From the NCBI GenBank assembly GCA_902826065.1, contig CADEDM010000002.1, positions 2,829 to 66,828 of the forward strand: a stretch of 64,000 nt of DNA. Direction: 5' to 3'. A program made the position numbers and the translations under genes. This stretch comes from an uncultured Acidobacteriota bacterium (GTDB lineage: Bacteria > Acidobacteriota > Vicinamibacteria > Vicinamibacterales > UBA2999). How positions within the stretch are numbered: the stretch's first letter is position 1; each line of letters opens with the position of its first letter. Below, in pieces: positions 48,938-57,597 of the stretch. The notes beneath the pieces are model-generated. The model worked only from the letters and a program-made list of their open reading frames with translations. It made no database searches and was not told the DNA's origin.

Positions 48938-50004
48938 AGGGGACGCCCGCGTGGATGAAGGCGGCCGCCGCCGTGGCCGTTGCCGTCGCGGCGGCAACCG
49001 CCGTGTGGCTGGGCGCGCGTCAACGGGATGCCACCGACGCGTCGGTGCCCACGCTCGAGGCCGTGCGCGTGGGCCTGCCGACCGAGGGCTTTTTCTACGT
49101 GCCGCTGTACCTGGCCATGGACGCCGGCCTGATGGCCGCCGAGGGCCTGGCGCCCGAACTCATCCAGTTCCGCGGCGGCGGCGCGTCGATCGCCGGCCTG
49201 GCCAGCCGCAGCGTCGAGTTCTGCATCTGCGCCATCCACAACGCGATCAACGCCACCGCCAAGGGCACTGACATCACGCTGGTGGGCACGGTCACGGGCC
49301 AGTACGCCAGCAACATCGTGATCCGGGAGGACGTGGCGGAGCGGCTCCACATCACCCCGGAGACGCCGATCGCCGACCGCCTGACGGCATTGCGCGGCCT
49401 GCGCATCGGCGCGACCGGCGTCGGCGGCGGCACCGACTTCCTGCTGCGCTATCTCGCGCGCAAGGCCGGCCTGTCGGCCGAGAGCGACTTCACGGTGCTG
49501 TTCCTGGGGAGCGGCGGCGCCGTGCTGTCGGCCTTCGCCCAGCGCCGCATCGACGCCTTCGTCTACTCGTCGCCCACGTCCGACATCGGGCTGCTGCGCT
49601 ACCGCGGCGTGCTGCTGCTCGACATGTCGCGCGGCCAGTTCGAGGACCTGCGCGGCTACCCGTCGATGGCGTTGAGCGCCCGCCGCTCGTGGCTGGAACC
49701 GCACCACGATCAGGCGTTGCGGTTCGTGCGCGCGCTGGCGAGGGCCAACCGCATGATTCACGATGAGCCCGACAAGGCCCAGCAGATCCTGCGCCGGCGC
49801 TTCGCGTCCCTGCCGCAGGACGTCTACGATGCGGCGTGGCGGGCCAACGTGGCGGCGTATCCCGAGACGCCGGTCGTGTTCGAGCAGAACGTGCAGCGCG
49901 CGCTCACGTTCCTGGCGGCGGTCCAGAACCAGCCGATTCCCGGCGCGGCGCGCGACTACTTCGACAACACCTACGCCGACGCCGCCGTCAGCGCGATCCG
50001 CTGA
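48934..50004 (+). CDS. ABC substrate-binding protein (NMT1/THI5-SsuA-like)
   Basis: GTG start forming a GTGA overlap with the permease stop. An N-terminal anchor or signal (AAAAVAVAVAAATAVWLG) is followed by an SBP-like body. Ligand unknown. Confidence 0.82.
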   Translation: MKGTPAWMKAAAAVAVAVAAATAVWLGARQRDATDASVPTLEAVRVGLPTEGFFYVPLYLAMDAGLMAAEGLAPELIQFRGGGASIAGLASRSVEFCICAIHNAINATAKGTDITLVGTVTGQYASNIVIREDVAERLHITPETPIADRLTALRGLRIGATGVGGGTDFLLRYLARKAGLSAESDFTVLFLGSGGAVLSAFAQRRIDAFVYSSPTSDIGLLRYRGVLLLDMSRGQFEDLRGYPSMALSARRSWLEPHHDQALRFVRALARANRMIHDEPDKAQQILRRRFASLPQDVYDAAWRANVAAYPETPVVFEQNVQRALTFLAAVQNQPIPGAARDYFDNTYADAAVSAIR

Positions 50005-50971
50005 TCGGGGCCGCGGGCTCGCCGTCGAGGACCCGGATCGGCGCGCCGTCGAGCCAGGCGCGCAGGTTGTCGACAGTTTCGCCGTAGAACTGGCGCAGCG
50101 TCGCCTCGGTCACGAAGCCGATGTGCGGCGTGGCCAGCACCGAGTCCATCGTTCGAAAGGGATGGTCCGCCGGCAGGGGCTCGCGCTCGAAGACGTCGAG
50201 GGCCGCGCCGGCGAGGCGCCCGGCGCGCAGGGCGGCGATCAGCGCCGCTTCGTCCACCAGCGGCCCTCGGGCGGTATTCACCAGCACCGCGGACGGCTTC
50301 ATGGCTGCCAGTTCCGCGGCGCCGACGATACCGCGCGTGCGGTCACCCAGCACGAGATGGATGGTGAGCACGTCGGCGGCGGCGAAGAACTCGGCCTTCG
50401 GCAACAGCCGCACGCCGTGCGCCGTGGCGGCCTCGACGGTGAGGTTCTGGCTCCACGCCACGACGTCCATCCCGAAGGCCTGGCCGACACGGGCCACGTG
50501 CGCGCCGATCCGGCCCAGGCCCAGCACGGCCAGCGTGCGCCCGTGCAGGTCGGCGCCCACCTCGGTCTGCCAGCCGCCCGAGCGCAGCGACGCCGCCTGC
50601 GAGGGAATGCGGCGCAACAGCGCCAGGATGAGGCCCCAGGTCAGCACCGGGGCGCCCAGCGACGGCGACCCCGTGCCGCAGACCGTGATGCCCAGCTCGC
50701 GCGCCGCCGCCAGGTCGATCGAGGCGTTGCGCATCGTGGTCGAGGCGATGAGGCGCAGGCGCGGCAGCCGCTCGAGGATGGCGCGGGGCAGCGGCGTGCG
50801 CTCGCGGACGACGCAGACGGCGTCGAAGGGCAGGAGACGGGCGACCACGTCGTCGGCGTCGGCGACGTGGTCGTGGAACGTGGTCAGACTGGCCCGGCCC
50901 TCGAGTGGCGACCAGTCGGCCAGGCGCCTCGCGGCGTCCTGGTAGTCGTCGAGGATCGCGACGCGGATCAC
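49988..50971 (-). CDS. D-isomer-specific 2-hydroxyacid dehydrogenase (canonical)
   Basis: VLGLGRIGAHVARV (NAD binding), LVNTARG, DVFEREP and TPHIG are all present. GTG start with a GTGA overlap on the M28 stop. The 3' end overlaps the convergent SBP gene by 17 nt. Confidence 0.9.
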   Translation of the reverse strand: MIRVAILDDYQDAARRLADWSPLEGRASLTTFHDHVADADDVVARLLPFDAVCVVRERTPLPRAILERLPRLRLIASTTMRNASIDLAAARELGITVCGTGSPSLGAPVLTWGLILALLRRIPSQAASLRSGGWQTEVGADLHGRTLAVLGLGRIGAHVARVGQAFGMDVVAWSQNLTVEAATAHGVRLLPKAEFFAAADVLTIHLVLGDRTRGIVGAAELAAMKPSAVLVNTARGPLVDEAALIAALRAGRLAGAALDVFEREPLPADHPFRTMDSVLATPHIGFVTEATLRQFYGETVDNLRAWLDGAPIRVLDGEPAAPISGSR

Positions 50972-52533
50972 TGCGGGTTCGCGGCCGTCCCCGGCGCCGG
51001 CGCCGCCACGATGTCCTTGCGATCCAGCGTGTTGGTCTCGTCGATCATCTTGGCGTAGGCGCGCGTCAGCTGCTCGAGCGAGGCCGCCGGCACGGCGTCG
51101 GGCGTGTCGAGATCCGAGTGGTAGAAGTCGCTCGACACGATCGACATGATCGACGGCGCGTCACGCCACACCTGGCCCATGTCGCCGCTGGCCGCCGGCT
51201 CCATGCGATGCATGATCGACACGCCGAAGGTCTCGTAGGCCTTGAGCGACAGGGCCGCCAGCTTCGGGCTGCCGTGCACGAACCACCGGCGTGGCTGGAT
51301 GCCGTTGGTCGGCCGCATCTCGCCCTCCCAGATCGAGAGCGCCAGCGGCGACGCGTGCTCGGCGTTGATCATCAGCGCGGTCTTGGCCAGGACCGTGTCC
51401 TTGTTGTCGTGCATCCAGCGTACGCCGAGCGACCCGGCGTGGTGTCCCGACGTCGTGACGAACTTGATCGTGCGCCGGCGCTGCGCCTGGGGCACCTTGG
51501 CGAAGTGCTCGGCCAGGGCCATCATCACCGCCACGCCCGAGGCGTTGTCGGACGCGGCCTGGAAGTAGCCGTCGTGGTGCGAGAACACGATGATGTCCTC
51601 GTCGGTCGTGCCCGGCAGCTCGCCCCAGACGTTCGAGTCCTTGAGCCCGGGGCGGGTCTCGGTGGCGAGCATCATCTTCAGGCGCACCGGCCCGCCCTTC
51701 TCGATCATCTCGCGGATGGCCTTGCCGTCCTCGTTGCCGATGGTCATGTGCGGGATGCTCGCCCCGTTGGCGCCGGCCTGGAACACCCAGTTGCCGAAGT
51801 ACGACATGTTCACGAGGATGGCGGCGGCGCCCTTCTCCTGCGCGCGCAGGATGGCGCCGTTCCAGATCGCCGAGTGATCGCTGACGCGGGGCGTCATGAT
51901 GCTCTCGATCAGCACCGCCTTGCCCTTGACGTTGCGGCCGATGAAGTCGGCCTCGGTGCCCAGGCCGACCCAGGCCACCTCGAGATCGAGGCCACCGGGC
52001 GGCGTCGCGGCCGAGCCCACGGTCGGCCACACGCTCGCCGGCGTCACGGTCTTGCCGCCGCCGGTGACCGAGAGGCTCCAGTCCTTCGCGAACCACTGCG
52101 GCGGCAGGTCGAACGGCTGCTTGCGCACGTTCTTCAGGCCCAGCTTGGTGAACGTGGTCTCGACCCAGTCTTCGGTCATGTGGTCGTACTGGGTGCCGGC
52201 GATGCGGCCCCACCACTTGTTGCCGTCGGCCTTGCTCTTGAGCGAGATGGCGACGACGTCCTTCAGGTACGGCTTGATGCGCTCGCCCTGAATGTCGGCG
52301 TAGGCCTGTTCCGATGCCGCCAGCGGGAAGCGCACGAAGTGGCTGTCGTCGAGCGGGAAGCTGTGCGCGCGTGGGCCGGAGCGGCCGCGCGGCCAGGTGT
52401 AGGGCTGACGTCGCTGGCCGGGCTGCGCCTGCGCTTCCTGGCCGTCGACGTCGCGGGTGGCGAGCAGCGCCGAGGCGACACCGAGCGCCGTGATCGCCAC
52501 GAAGATGCTGCGCCGAATGCTGGTTCTCATCAC
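50968..52533 (-). CDS. Exported M28-family metallopeptidase with PA domain
   Basis: Signal peptide RRSIFVAITALGVASALLA. Zinc-site region FSHHDGYF...ASDNASGVAVMMALAEHF. The codon at 52533 is GTG, and ATG at 52530 is the likelier start. Confidence 0.87.
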   Translation of the reverse strand: MMRTSIRRSIFVAITALGVASALLATRDVDGQEAQAQPGQRRQPYTWPRGRSGPRAHSFPLDDSHFVRFPLAASEQAYADIQGERIKPYLKDVVAISLKSKADGNKWWGRIAGTQYDHMTEDWVETTFTKLGLKNVRKQPFDLPPQWFAKDWSLSVTGGGKTVTPASVWPTVGSAATPPGGLDLEVAWVGLGTEADFIGRNVKGKAVLIESIMTPRVSDHSAIWNGAILRAQEKGAAAILVNMSYFGNWVFQAGANGASIPHMTIGNEDGKAIREMIEKGGPVRLKMMLATETRPGLKDSNVWGELPGTTDEDIIVFSHHDGYFQAASDNASGVAVMMALAEHFAKVPQAQRRRTIKFVTTSGHHAGSLGVRWMHDNKDTVLAKTALMINAEHASPLALSIWEGEMRPTNGIQPRRWFVHGSPKLAALSLKAYETFGVSIMHRMEPAASGDMGQVWRDAPSIMSIVSSDFYHSDLDTPDAVPAASLEQLTRAYAKMIDETNTLDRKDIVAAPAPGTAANPQ

Positions 52534-52547
52534 GACCTCCTGCGCTT

Positions 52548-52585
52548 GCGCGCGATGCCCCGGAGCCTAGGGGCGCATCGCGCGC
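52548..52585. repeat. GC-rich hairpin or palindrome in a divergent promoter region
   Basis: GCGCGCGATGCCCC-ggagccta-GGGG(CG)CATCGCGCGC has a 14-bp stem with a 2-nt bulge. It lies immediately 5' of the third TTGTAAATTCG copy. Confidence 0.5.
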
Positions 52586-52610
52586 TTGTAAATTCGATTC
52601 TTCCGAACAC
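52586..52610 (+). promoter_or_regulatory. Third copy of TTGTAAATTCG followed by TTCCGAACAC
   Basis: The exact 11-mer is at 52586-52596. The TTCCGAAC box at 52601-52608 also occurs at 47192-47199. The site is 99 nt upstream of the enoyl-CoA hydratase ATG. Confidence 0.5.
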
Positions 52611-52684
52611 TGTCTTTCCACAATGCGAATGCGCGCGACGGGCGCGCGCGGATACGATCACCGCGTCATCTCCGGGAGCAGGCC

Positions 52685-53461
52685 ATGTCGAACGTGACGT
52701 TCCGCGACGTGTCGCTCACGCGTGAGGCCCACGTCGCCCGCGTCGAGCTGCACCGCCCGCCTCACAACTTCTTCGACGCCGATCTGCTCGCGGATCTGGC
52801 GGCGGCGTTCGCCGCCTGCGACGACGAGCGCGACTGTCGCGCCATCGTGCTCTGCGCCGAAGGCCGCTCGTTCTGCGCCGGCACCGACTTCGCCAGCGCC
52901 GGCGCCGGCGACGATGGCACGCGTGCCGCCCGCATCTACGCCGAGGCGCGCACGCTCTTCGCCGTGCGCACGCCGGTCGTCGCCGCCGTGCAGGGCGCCG
53001 CCATCGGCGGCGGCTTCGGGCTGGCGCTCGCCGCCGACTTCCGCATCGCCGCGCCGGAAGCGCGCTTCAGCGCCAACTTCGTGAAGATCGGCATCCATCC
53101 CGGCTTCGCCCTGACGCACACGCTGCCGCGCCTGATCGGCCCGCAGCGCGCGAGCCTGCTGCTCTACACCGGCCGTCGCCTCACCGGCGACGAAGCCCTG
53201 GCGTGGGGCCTGGTCGACCAGGTCGTCCCGCTCGACGCCCTGCGCATCGCCGCCACGGCGCTCGCCACCGAGATCGCCGAGGCCGCCCCGCTCGCCGTCG
53301 CCGCCACCCGCGCCACCATGCGGCGCACGCTGGGCCCCGCCGTCGCCCGGGCGCTCGCGCGCGAGCTGGCCGAGCAGACGCGCCTGCGCCGCACCGCCGA
53401 CCATCGCGAAGGTGTGCGCGCCGCGAGTGAACGCCGGCCGGCACATTTCATCAGCGAGTGA
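52685..53461 (+). CDS. Enoyl-CoA hydratase/isomerase (crotonase) family protein
   Basis: CAEGRSFCAGTDF and AAVQGAAIGGGFGLALAADFRIA form the oxyanion-hole motifs. 258 aa. Confidence 0.9.
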   Translation: MSNVTFRDVSLTREAHVARVELHRPPHNFFDADLLADLAAAFAACDDERDCRAIVLCAEGRSFCAGTDFASAGAGDDGTRAARIYAEARTLFAVRTPVVAAVQGAAIGGGFGLALAADFRIAAPEARFSANFVKIGIHPGFALTHTLPRLIGPQRASLLLYTGRRLTGDEALAWGLVDQVVPLDALRIAATALATEIAEAAPLAVAATRATMRRTLGPAVARALARELAEQTRLRRTADHREGVRAASERRPAHFISE

Positions 53462-55547
53462 CCGGATCGGGCAGCCGGAACGCCAGGTACTCGCCCGAGT
53501 AAGCGCCGCCGCTGACGGCCACGACCAGGTACTGGCGCCCGCCCGCCATGTAGGTCATCGGTGTGCCGCTCTGAGGCGCCGGCATCAGCACGGCGCCCAC
53601 TTCCTTGCCGGTGGCCTTGTCATAGGCCCGCAGCATCGCGCCGCGTCCCCGGCCCGGGGCGGTGGTGGTCAGCGGATCCCCCGCGACGACCAGGGTCTTG
53701 GTCACCAGCGCCCCGACGGCGCCCGACTGGCCGGTGCGCGGAATCGTGACGCCCTTCAACGCCGGATGCAGGCGCACGGCATCCGGCGTCTCGCCATGCG
53801 GCACCTGCCAGCGGAACTCGCCGGTGTCGAGGTCGATCGCGGTGAGGCGGCCATACGGCGGCTTCAGCAGCGGCAGGCCACGCGGCCGGAAGTCGACGTC
53901 GATGAGCCGATCCGATCCGCCGAACTCGCTCACGGCCTTCGACGGCGCGGCTTCGGCGCCGGCGTCCTCGCCTGGCCCGCCAATGTAGCGGACCCCCGTC
54001 ACCGCGTTGCCTGACACGTAGCGCAGGTCCGAGAACTCCTGGCTGGGCGACGGCATCAGGCCATATGGCACGAACGAGGTGTAGGACGGGACGATCAGCG
54101 TGTGCGTGTCCGGGTCGTACGAGCCCCCGGGCCAGTTGGTGCCGCCGGTGGAACGGAACGCGTGGATCGGCCCTTCGGCCCGGCTGACGACCGCCGGCGT
54201 GAAGATCGGGCCGAGGCGGAACTTCTTCGCGATGGTCTCCGCCTCGCCTCGGAGCTCGGGCGTGAAGTCGATGAAGTGCTTCGCCTCCACGCCCTGGATG
54301 TCGTACGGCAGTGGACGCGTCGGGAACGGCTGCGTCGGCGCATACCACTCGCCGGGCACGTCGCCCGCAGGCACCGGGCGCTCCTCGATCGGCCACACCG
54401 GCGCGCCGGTCGCGCGGTCGAACACGTAGACCATCGCCTGCTTGCCCATCACGGCGACGGCCTTCACGTCGCGCCCGCCGACACGGATGTCGGCGAGGAT
54501 TGGCGCGGTGGCGACGTCCATGTTCCAGATGGGATGGTGCACGAGCTGGTAGTGCCAGCGCCGTTGGCCCGTCTTCAAGTCGACCGCGACCAGGCTCTCG
54601 GCGTAGAGGTTGTTGCCGGGCCGATGGCCGCCGTAGAAATCGGAGGTCGGCGTCTCCACGGGCAGGTAGGCGAGCCCGAGCGCCTCGTCGACCGCCATCT
54701 GGTTCCAGACGCCGGTGTTGCCGGTCGTACGCGCCGAATCCTGCAGCCAGGTCTCGTGACCGGCCTCCCCTGGCCGTGGAATCGTGTGGAACATCCACAG
54801 CCGGCGGCCGGTGCGGGCGTCGATGGCCTGCACGATGCCCTTGGTGTTGTTGGCGCGCCTCGGGGTGTGGCCCTCCCGGAACGCCGAACCGATGAGCACG
54901 ATGTCGCCGGCCACCGACGGCGTGGCATGCAGGCCGATCTCGCCGGTCTCCAACGGAATCTGCTGGTTGTCGCCGGCGACGACGCCGTCCTTGAGATCGA
55001 CCACGCCGTCGCGGCCGAACCCGGTGATGCGCGCGCCCGTGTCGGGGTCGAGGGCGACGAGCTGGTAGCCCGTCGTGACGTAGAAGATGCGGCTCTGGCG
55101 CCCGTCGCTCCAGTACGCGACACCGCGGCCCGAGAGCTGGCGCGGCGACGCGGCGGCGCGAGCGCCCTCACGTTCCGACGAGACCCATCGCACCTCGCCG
55201 GTGGCGGCGTCCAGCGCCACCACCGATCGCCGGGTGCCGGCGGTCGTGTAGAGCACGCCGCCCACCATCAACGGCGTGCCCTCGAGCTTGAACTCGGGAC
55301 GCGGGCCGAAGTTGTCGGTCTTGACCCGCCACGCCACCTCCAGCCGGGCGAAGTTGCCGGCGTCGATCTGGGCGAGGGGCGAGTAGTGATGATTGCGGTT
55401 GTCGCCCGCGTACGAACGCCATTCGACGCCGTCGGCGACGGAGGCGGGCGGCACCCCGGCGCCACCGCCGCGGCCCGACGTGGCCGTGACGGCGACGGCT
55501 GCGCCCAGGCCGAGCACCAGGACCAGCGACGTGGGGACGTGCCGCAT
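53451..55547 (-). CDS. Exported PQQ-dependent dehydrogenase (quinoprotein glucose/quinate dehydrogenase family beta-propeller)
   Basis: A signal peptide precedes WRSYAGDNRNHHYSPLAQIDAGNFARLEVAWRV and GTPLMVGGVLYTTAGTRRSVVALDAATGEVRW. It has an eight-blade-like repeat pattern and is 698 aa. Confidence 0.88.
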   Translation of the reverse strand: MRHVPTSLVLVLGLGAAVAVTATSGRGGGAGVPPASVADGVEWRSYAGDNRNHHYSPLAQIDAGNFARLEVAWRVKTDNFGPRPEFKLEGTPLMVGGVLYTTAGTRRSVVALDAATGEVRWVSSEREGARAAASPRQLSGRGVAYWSDGRQSRIFYVTTGYQLVALDPDTGARITGFGRDGVVDLKDGVVAGDNQQIPLETGEIGLHATPSVAGDIVLIGSAFREGHTPRRANNTKGIVQAIDARTGRRLWMFHTIPRPGEAGHETWLQDSARTTGNTGVWNQMAVDEALGLAYLPVETPTSDFYGGHRPGNNLYAESLVAVDLKTGQRRWHYQLVHHPIWNMDVATAPILADIRVGGRDVKAVAVMGKQAMVYVFDRATGAPVWPIEERPVPAGDVPGEWYAPTQPFPTRPLPYDIQGVEAKHFIDFTPELRGEAETIAKKFRLGPIFTPAVVSRAEGPIHAFRSTGGTNWPGGSYDPDTHTLIVPSYTSFVPYGLMPSPSQEFSDLRYVSGNAVTGVRYIGGPGEDAGAEAAPSKAVSEFGGSDRLIDVDFRPRGLPLLKPPYGRLTAIDLDTGEFRWQVPHGETPDAVRLHPALKGVTIPRTGQSGAVGALVTKTLVVAGDPLTTTAPGRGRGAMLRAYDKATGKEVGAVLMPAPQSGTPMTYMAGGRQYLVVAVSGGAYSGEYLAFRLPDPVTR

Positions 55548-55550
55548 CGC

Positions 55551-56672
55551 CTACCCGACCTCGGCGTTCACGGCCTGCACCATCGCCTTGATGTAGCCGT
55601 AGGCGAAGGCGAACGCCTGGTTCCTGGCCGCCGGATCGGCGTGCTCGGGCACGTGGTCGGGACACAGCATGTACGGGTAGCCGACGTCGCGCAGGGTGCG
55701 CACCACCTCGTAGAAGTCCATGTCGCCGTTGTCGGGATAGACCTCCATGAAGTGGTCCCAGCCGCCCTTGATGTTGCGCAGATGGATGTTGAAGATCTGC
55801 TTCCGCCCGCCGACGTAGCGGATGATCGGGTGGATCTCGGTCTTCGGGTCCTTGAGGCCTTCCGCGGTCGACCCCAGGCACAGGTTGAAGCCGTGGTACG
55901 GGCTGTCGTACAGCTCGGCGAAGCGCTTGATGCCGGCGAAGACATCGGGGCTGTTCCAGCGCGTGATGCCGCGGTAGCCGGCGTGGGTCGGCGGGTCGGC
56001 GATGTGATTGCCGAGCTGTACCTTGTACTCCGCCGCGACGGGCAGGATGCGATCGAGCAGATACGTGATGCGCTCGTACACCGTGTCGGCCGTGACGACG
56101 CCGGCCTTGGTGAGCGCCGGGTTGCGCTTCATCGCCTCCGGGTAGTCCCACGTGTTGTACGTCGCGTTGCCGCGCTTCGCGTCGGTCGTGCGCCCGGTCC
56201 GCAGCATGCCGAGAATCGTCGTGTTGTAGTTGAGCAGGCGGACGCCGGTCTTGCCGGCCACCTGGATCATCTGCTGCACGATCTCGATGTCGCGGTCGCG
56301 CTGCGGGCTCTGGCCGAGCATGATGGCGGGGAACCGCGTCGACTCGATGCCCTGCGAGTGCCACAGATGGTAGGCCTCGAGCTTGATGCCGTACTTCTCG
56401 CAGTCGTCGCGCTTCTTCAGCGAGTCATCGAGGTCCCAGCCCTTGCCCTCGACGAAGTGCGGCTCGTCGCCATCGAGGTTGAAGACGCCGTGGCGGGCCT
56501 TGAACTCGAGGTTCTCGCGCGTCGTGCCGCCCGACTGACAGCCGACGTGCATCGCGGCCCTGGCGGGCTTCGCGGTCGGCGCCGGCGGGCGCTGCGCCGC
56601 GAGCGGAACCGCTGACAGCACTGCGCCGGTGGTGCCCGTCGCCAGCGTCCTGCCGAACTCGCGTCGTCTCAT
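55551..56672 (-). CDS. UxuA (mannonate dehydratase)-like TIM-barrel protein with twin-arginine signal
   Basis: The start is set to ATG 56672 (MRRREFGRTLATGTTGAVLSAVPLAAQ). UxuA-like FNIHLRNIKGGWDHFMEVYPDNGDMDFYEVVRTLRDVGYPYMLCPDHVPEH. Its stop lies 3 nt before the PQQ gene start. Confidence 0.85.
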   Translation of the reverse strand: MRRREFGRTLATGTTGAVLSAVPLAAQRPPAPTAKPARAAMHVGCQSGGTTRENLEFKARHGVFNLDGDEPHFVEGKGWDLDDSLKKRDDCEKYGIKLEAYHLWHSQGIESTRFPAIMLGQSPQRDRDIEIVQQMIQVAGKTGVRLLNYNTTILGMLRTGRTTDAKRGNATYNTWDYPEAMKRNPALTKAGVVTADTVYERITYLLDRILPVAAEYKVQLGNHIADPPTHAGYRGITRWNSPDVFAGIKRFAELYDSPYHGFNLCLGSTAEGLKDPKTEIHPIIRYVGGRKQIFNIHLRNIKGGWDHFMEVYPDNGDMDFYEVVRTLRDVGYPYMLCPDHVPEHADPAARNQAFAFAYGYIKAMVQAVNAEVG

Positions 56673-56715
56673 GGTGACCTGCCTGTCCGCGCAGAAAGCG
56701 CGCATCGAGGCCGTC

Positions 56716-56761
56716 ACATTCCGTCGCGCGCTGCCGGCCGTCAATACCCTCGAGTGGGTAG
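56716..56761 (-). promoter_or_regulatory. Palindrome ATACCC-tcgagt-GGGTAG with TTGACG-N17-GAATGT on the minus strand
   Basis: The minus strand reads CTACCCactcgaGGGTATTGACG-N17-GAATGT. It lies upstream of the UxuA-like/PQQ operon. The spacing from half-site to -10 is the same 22 nt as at the other four sites. Confidence 0.55.
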
Positions 56762-56790
56762 ATGGCGATCGGCGCCGTGGCTGGCCGCGC

Positions 56791-56841
56791 CGTCAATACC
56801 CTGCACGGGTTATTGACGACTCCTGCACCTGCTCTTAGTGT
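56791..56841 (+). promoter_or_regulatory. 28-bp palindrome CGTCAATACCC-tgcac-GGGTTATTGACG with TTGACG-N17-TAGTGT promoter
   Basis: Read directly from the sequence. It contains ATACCCtgcacgGGTTATTGACG, the same core as the 33056 site, and lies 111 nt upstream of the cupin ATG. Confidence 0.6.
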
Positions 56842-56951
56842 TCACGCCAATGGCGCGTACTCCGGCGAAGCGTCACGAACCTCGCCGCGACCCGTGCCGC
56901 ACGGCGCCAGAGCCCGCTCCTCACGTGCTCGCGCTACCGAGGAGAACGAAC

Positions 56952-57557
56952 ATGTTGAGATACGGGATCGCAGTCGTGCTGGCCACCAGCGTCGTGGTCC
57001 TCGTGGCCGCCGCACAGCAAGACGTGCAGCCGACCTGCCGCAACTGCCCGGCGACCTACATCGGCAAGGACGAGTTGAACGCCTACATCACCAGGGCGCG
57101 CACCCACGACATCGTCGACCAGCAGGTGCGGGCCCTCGACATCGGCAAGATCAACGCCGCGGTGGGTATCGTCCACCGGGAGAAGCTCGATGCCCAGGCG
57201 CCCGACTCGGTGGCCGAGCACGACCTCGTCGGCGAGGTGTACTACATCATCGACGGCTCGGGCTCGCTGATGACGGGTGTCGATCTGGTCAACAAGAAGC
57301 GCCGGTCGGCAGACGCGGAGAACGTCCGCATGCTCAACGGCCCCGGCAACGGCGCGGCGTCGATCCGGAACGGGACGACGCACCAGTTGAAGGCCGGCGA
57401 CGTCATCGTCATCCCGGCCGGTACGGGTCACGTCTTCACCAAGATCGATGACCACATCACCTACCTGATGGTCCGGCTCGATCCGGACAAGGTGACGCCG
57501 CTCAAGAACGAGTCGGATTCGCGCGCCGACCTGGCGCGCACGATCACCAGGCCCTAG
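56952..57557 (+). CDS. Exported cupin-domain protein
   Basis: The start is set to ATG 56952 after a GAGGAG RBS (MLRYGIAVVLATSVVVLVAAAQQ, signal peptide). The cupin core is GEVYYIIDGSG...GDVIVIPAGTGHVFTKIDDHITYLMVRLD. Confidence 0.75.
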   Translation: MLRYGIAVVLATSVVVLVAAAQQDVQPTCRNCPATYIGKDELNAYITRARTHDIVDQQVRALDIGKINAAVGIVHREKLDAQAPDSVAEHDLVGEVYYIIDGSGSLMTGVDLVNKKRRSADAENVRMLNGPGNGAASIRNGTTHQLKAGDVIVIPAGTGHVFTKIDDHITYLMVRLDPDKVTPLKNESDSRADLARTITRP

Positions 57558-57566
57558 CGGCCTCGG

Positions 57567-57591
57567 GGACGGCGGGCCAGGCCCGCCGTCC
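57567..57591. terminator. Perfect 12-bp GC palindrome between convergent genes (bidirectional terminator candidate)
   Basis: GGACGGCGGGCC-a-GGCCCGCCGTCC lies in the 40-bp gap between the cupin stop and the NarL-type regulator stop. Confidence 0.55.
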
Positions 57592-57597
57592 GTCCAC

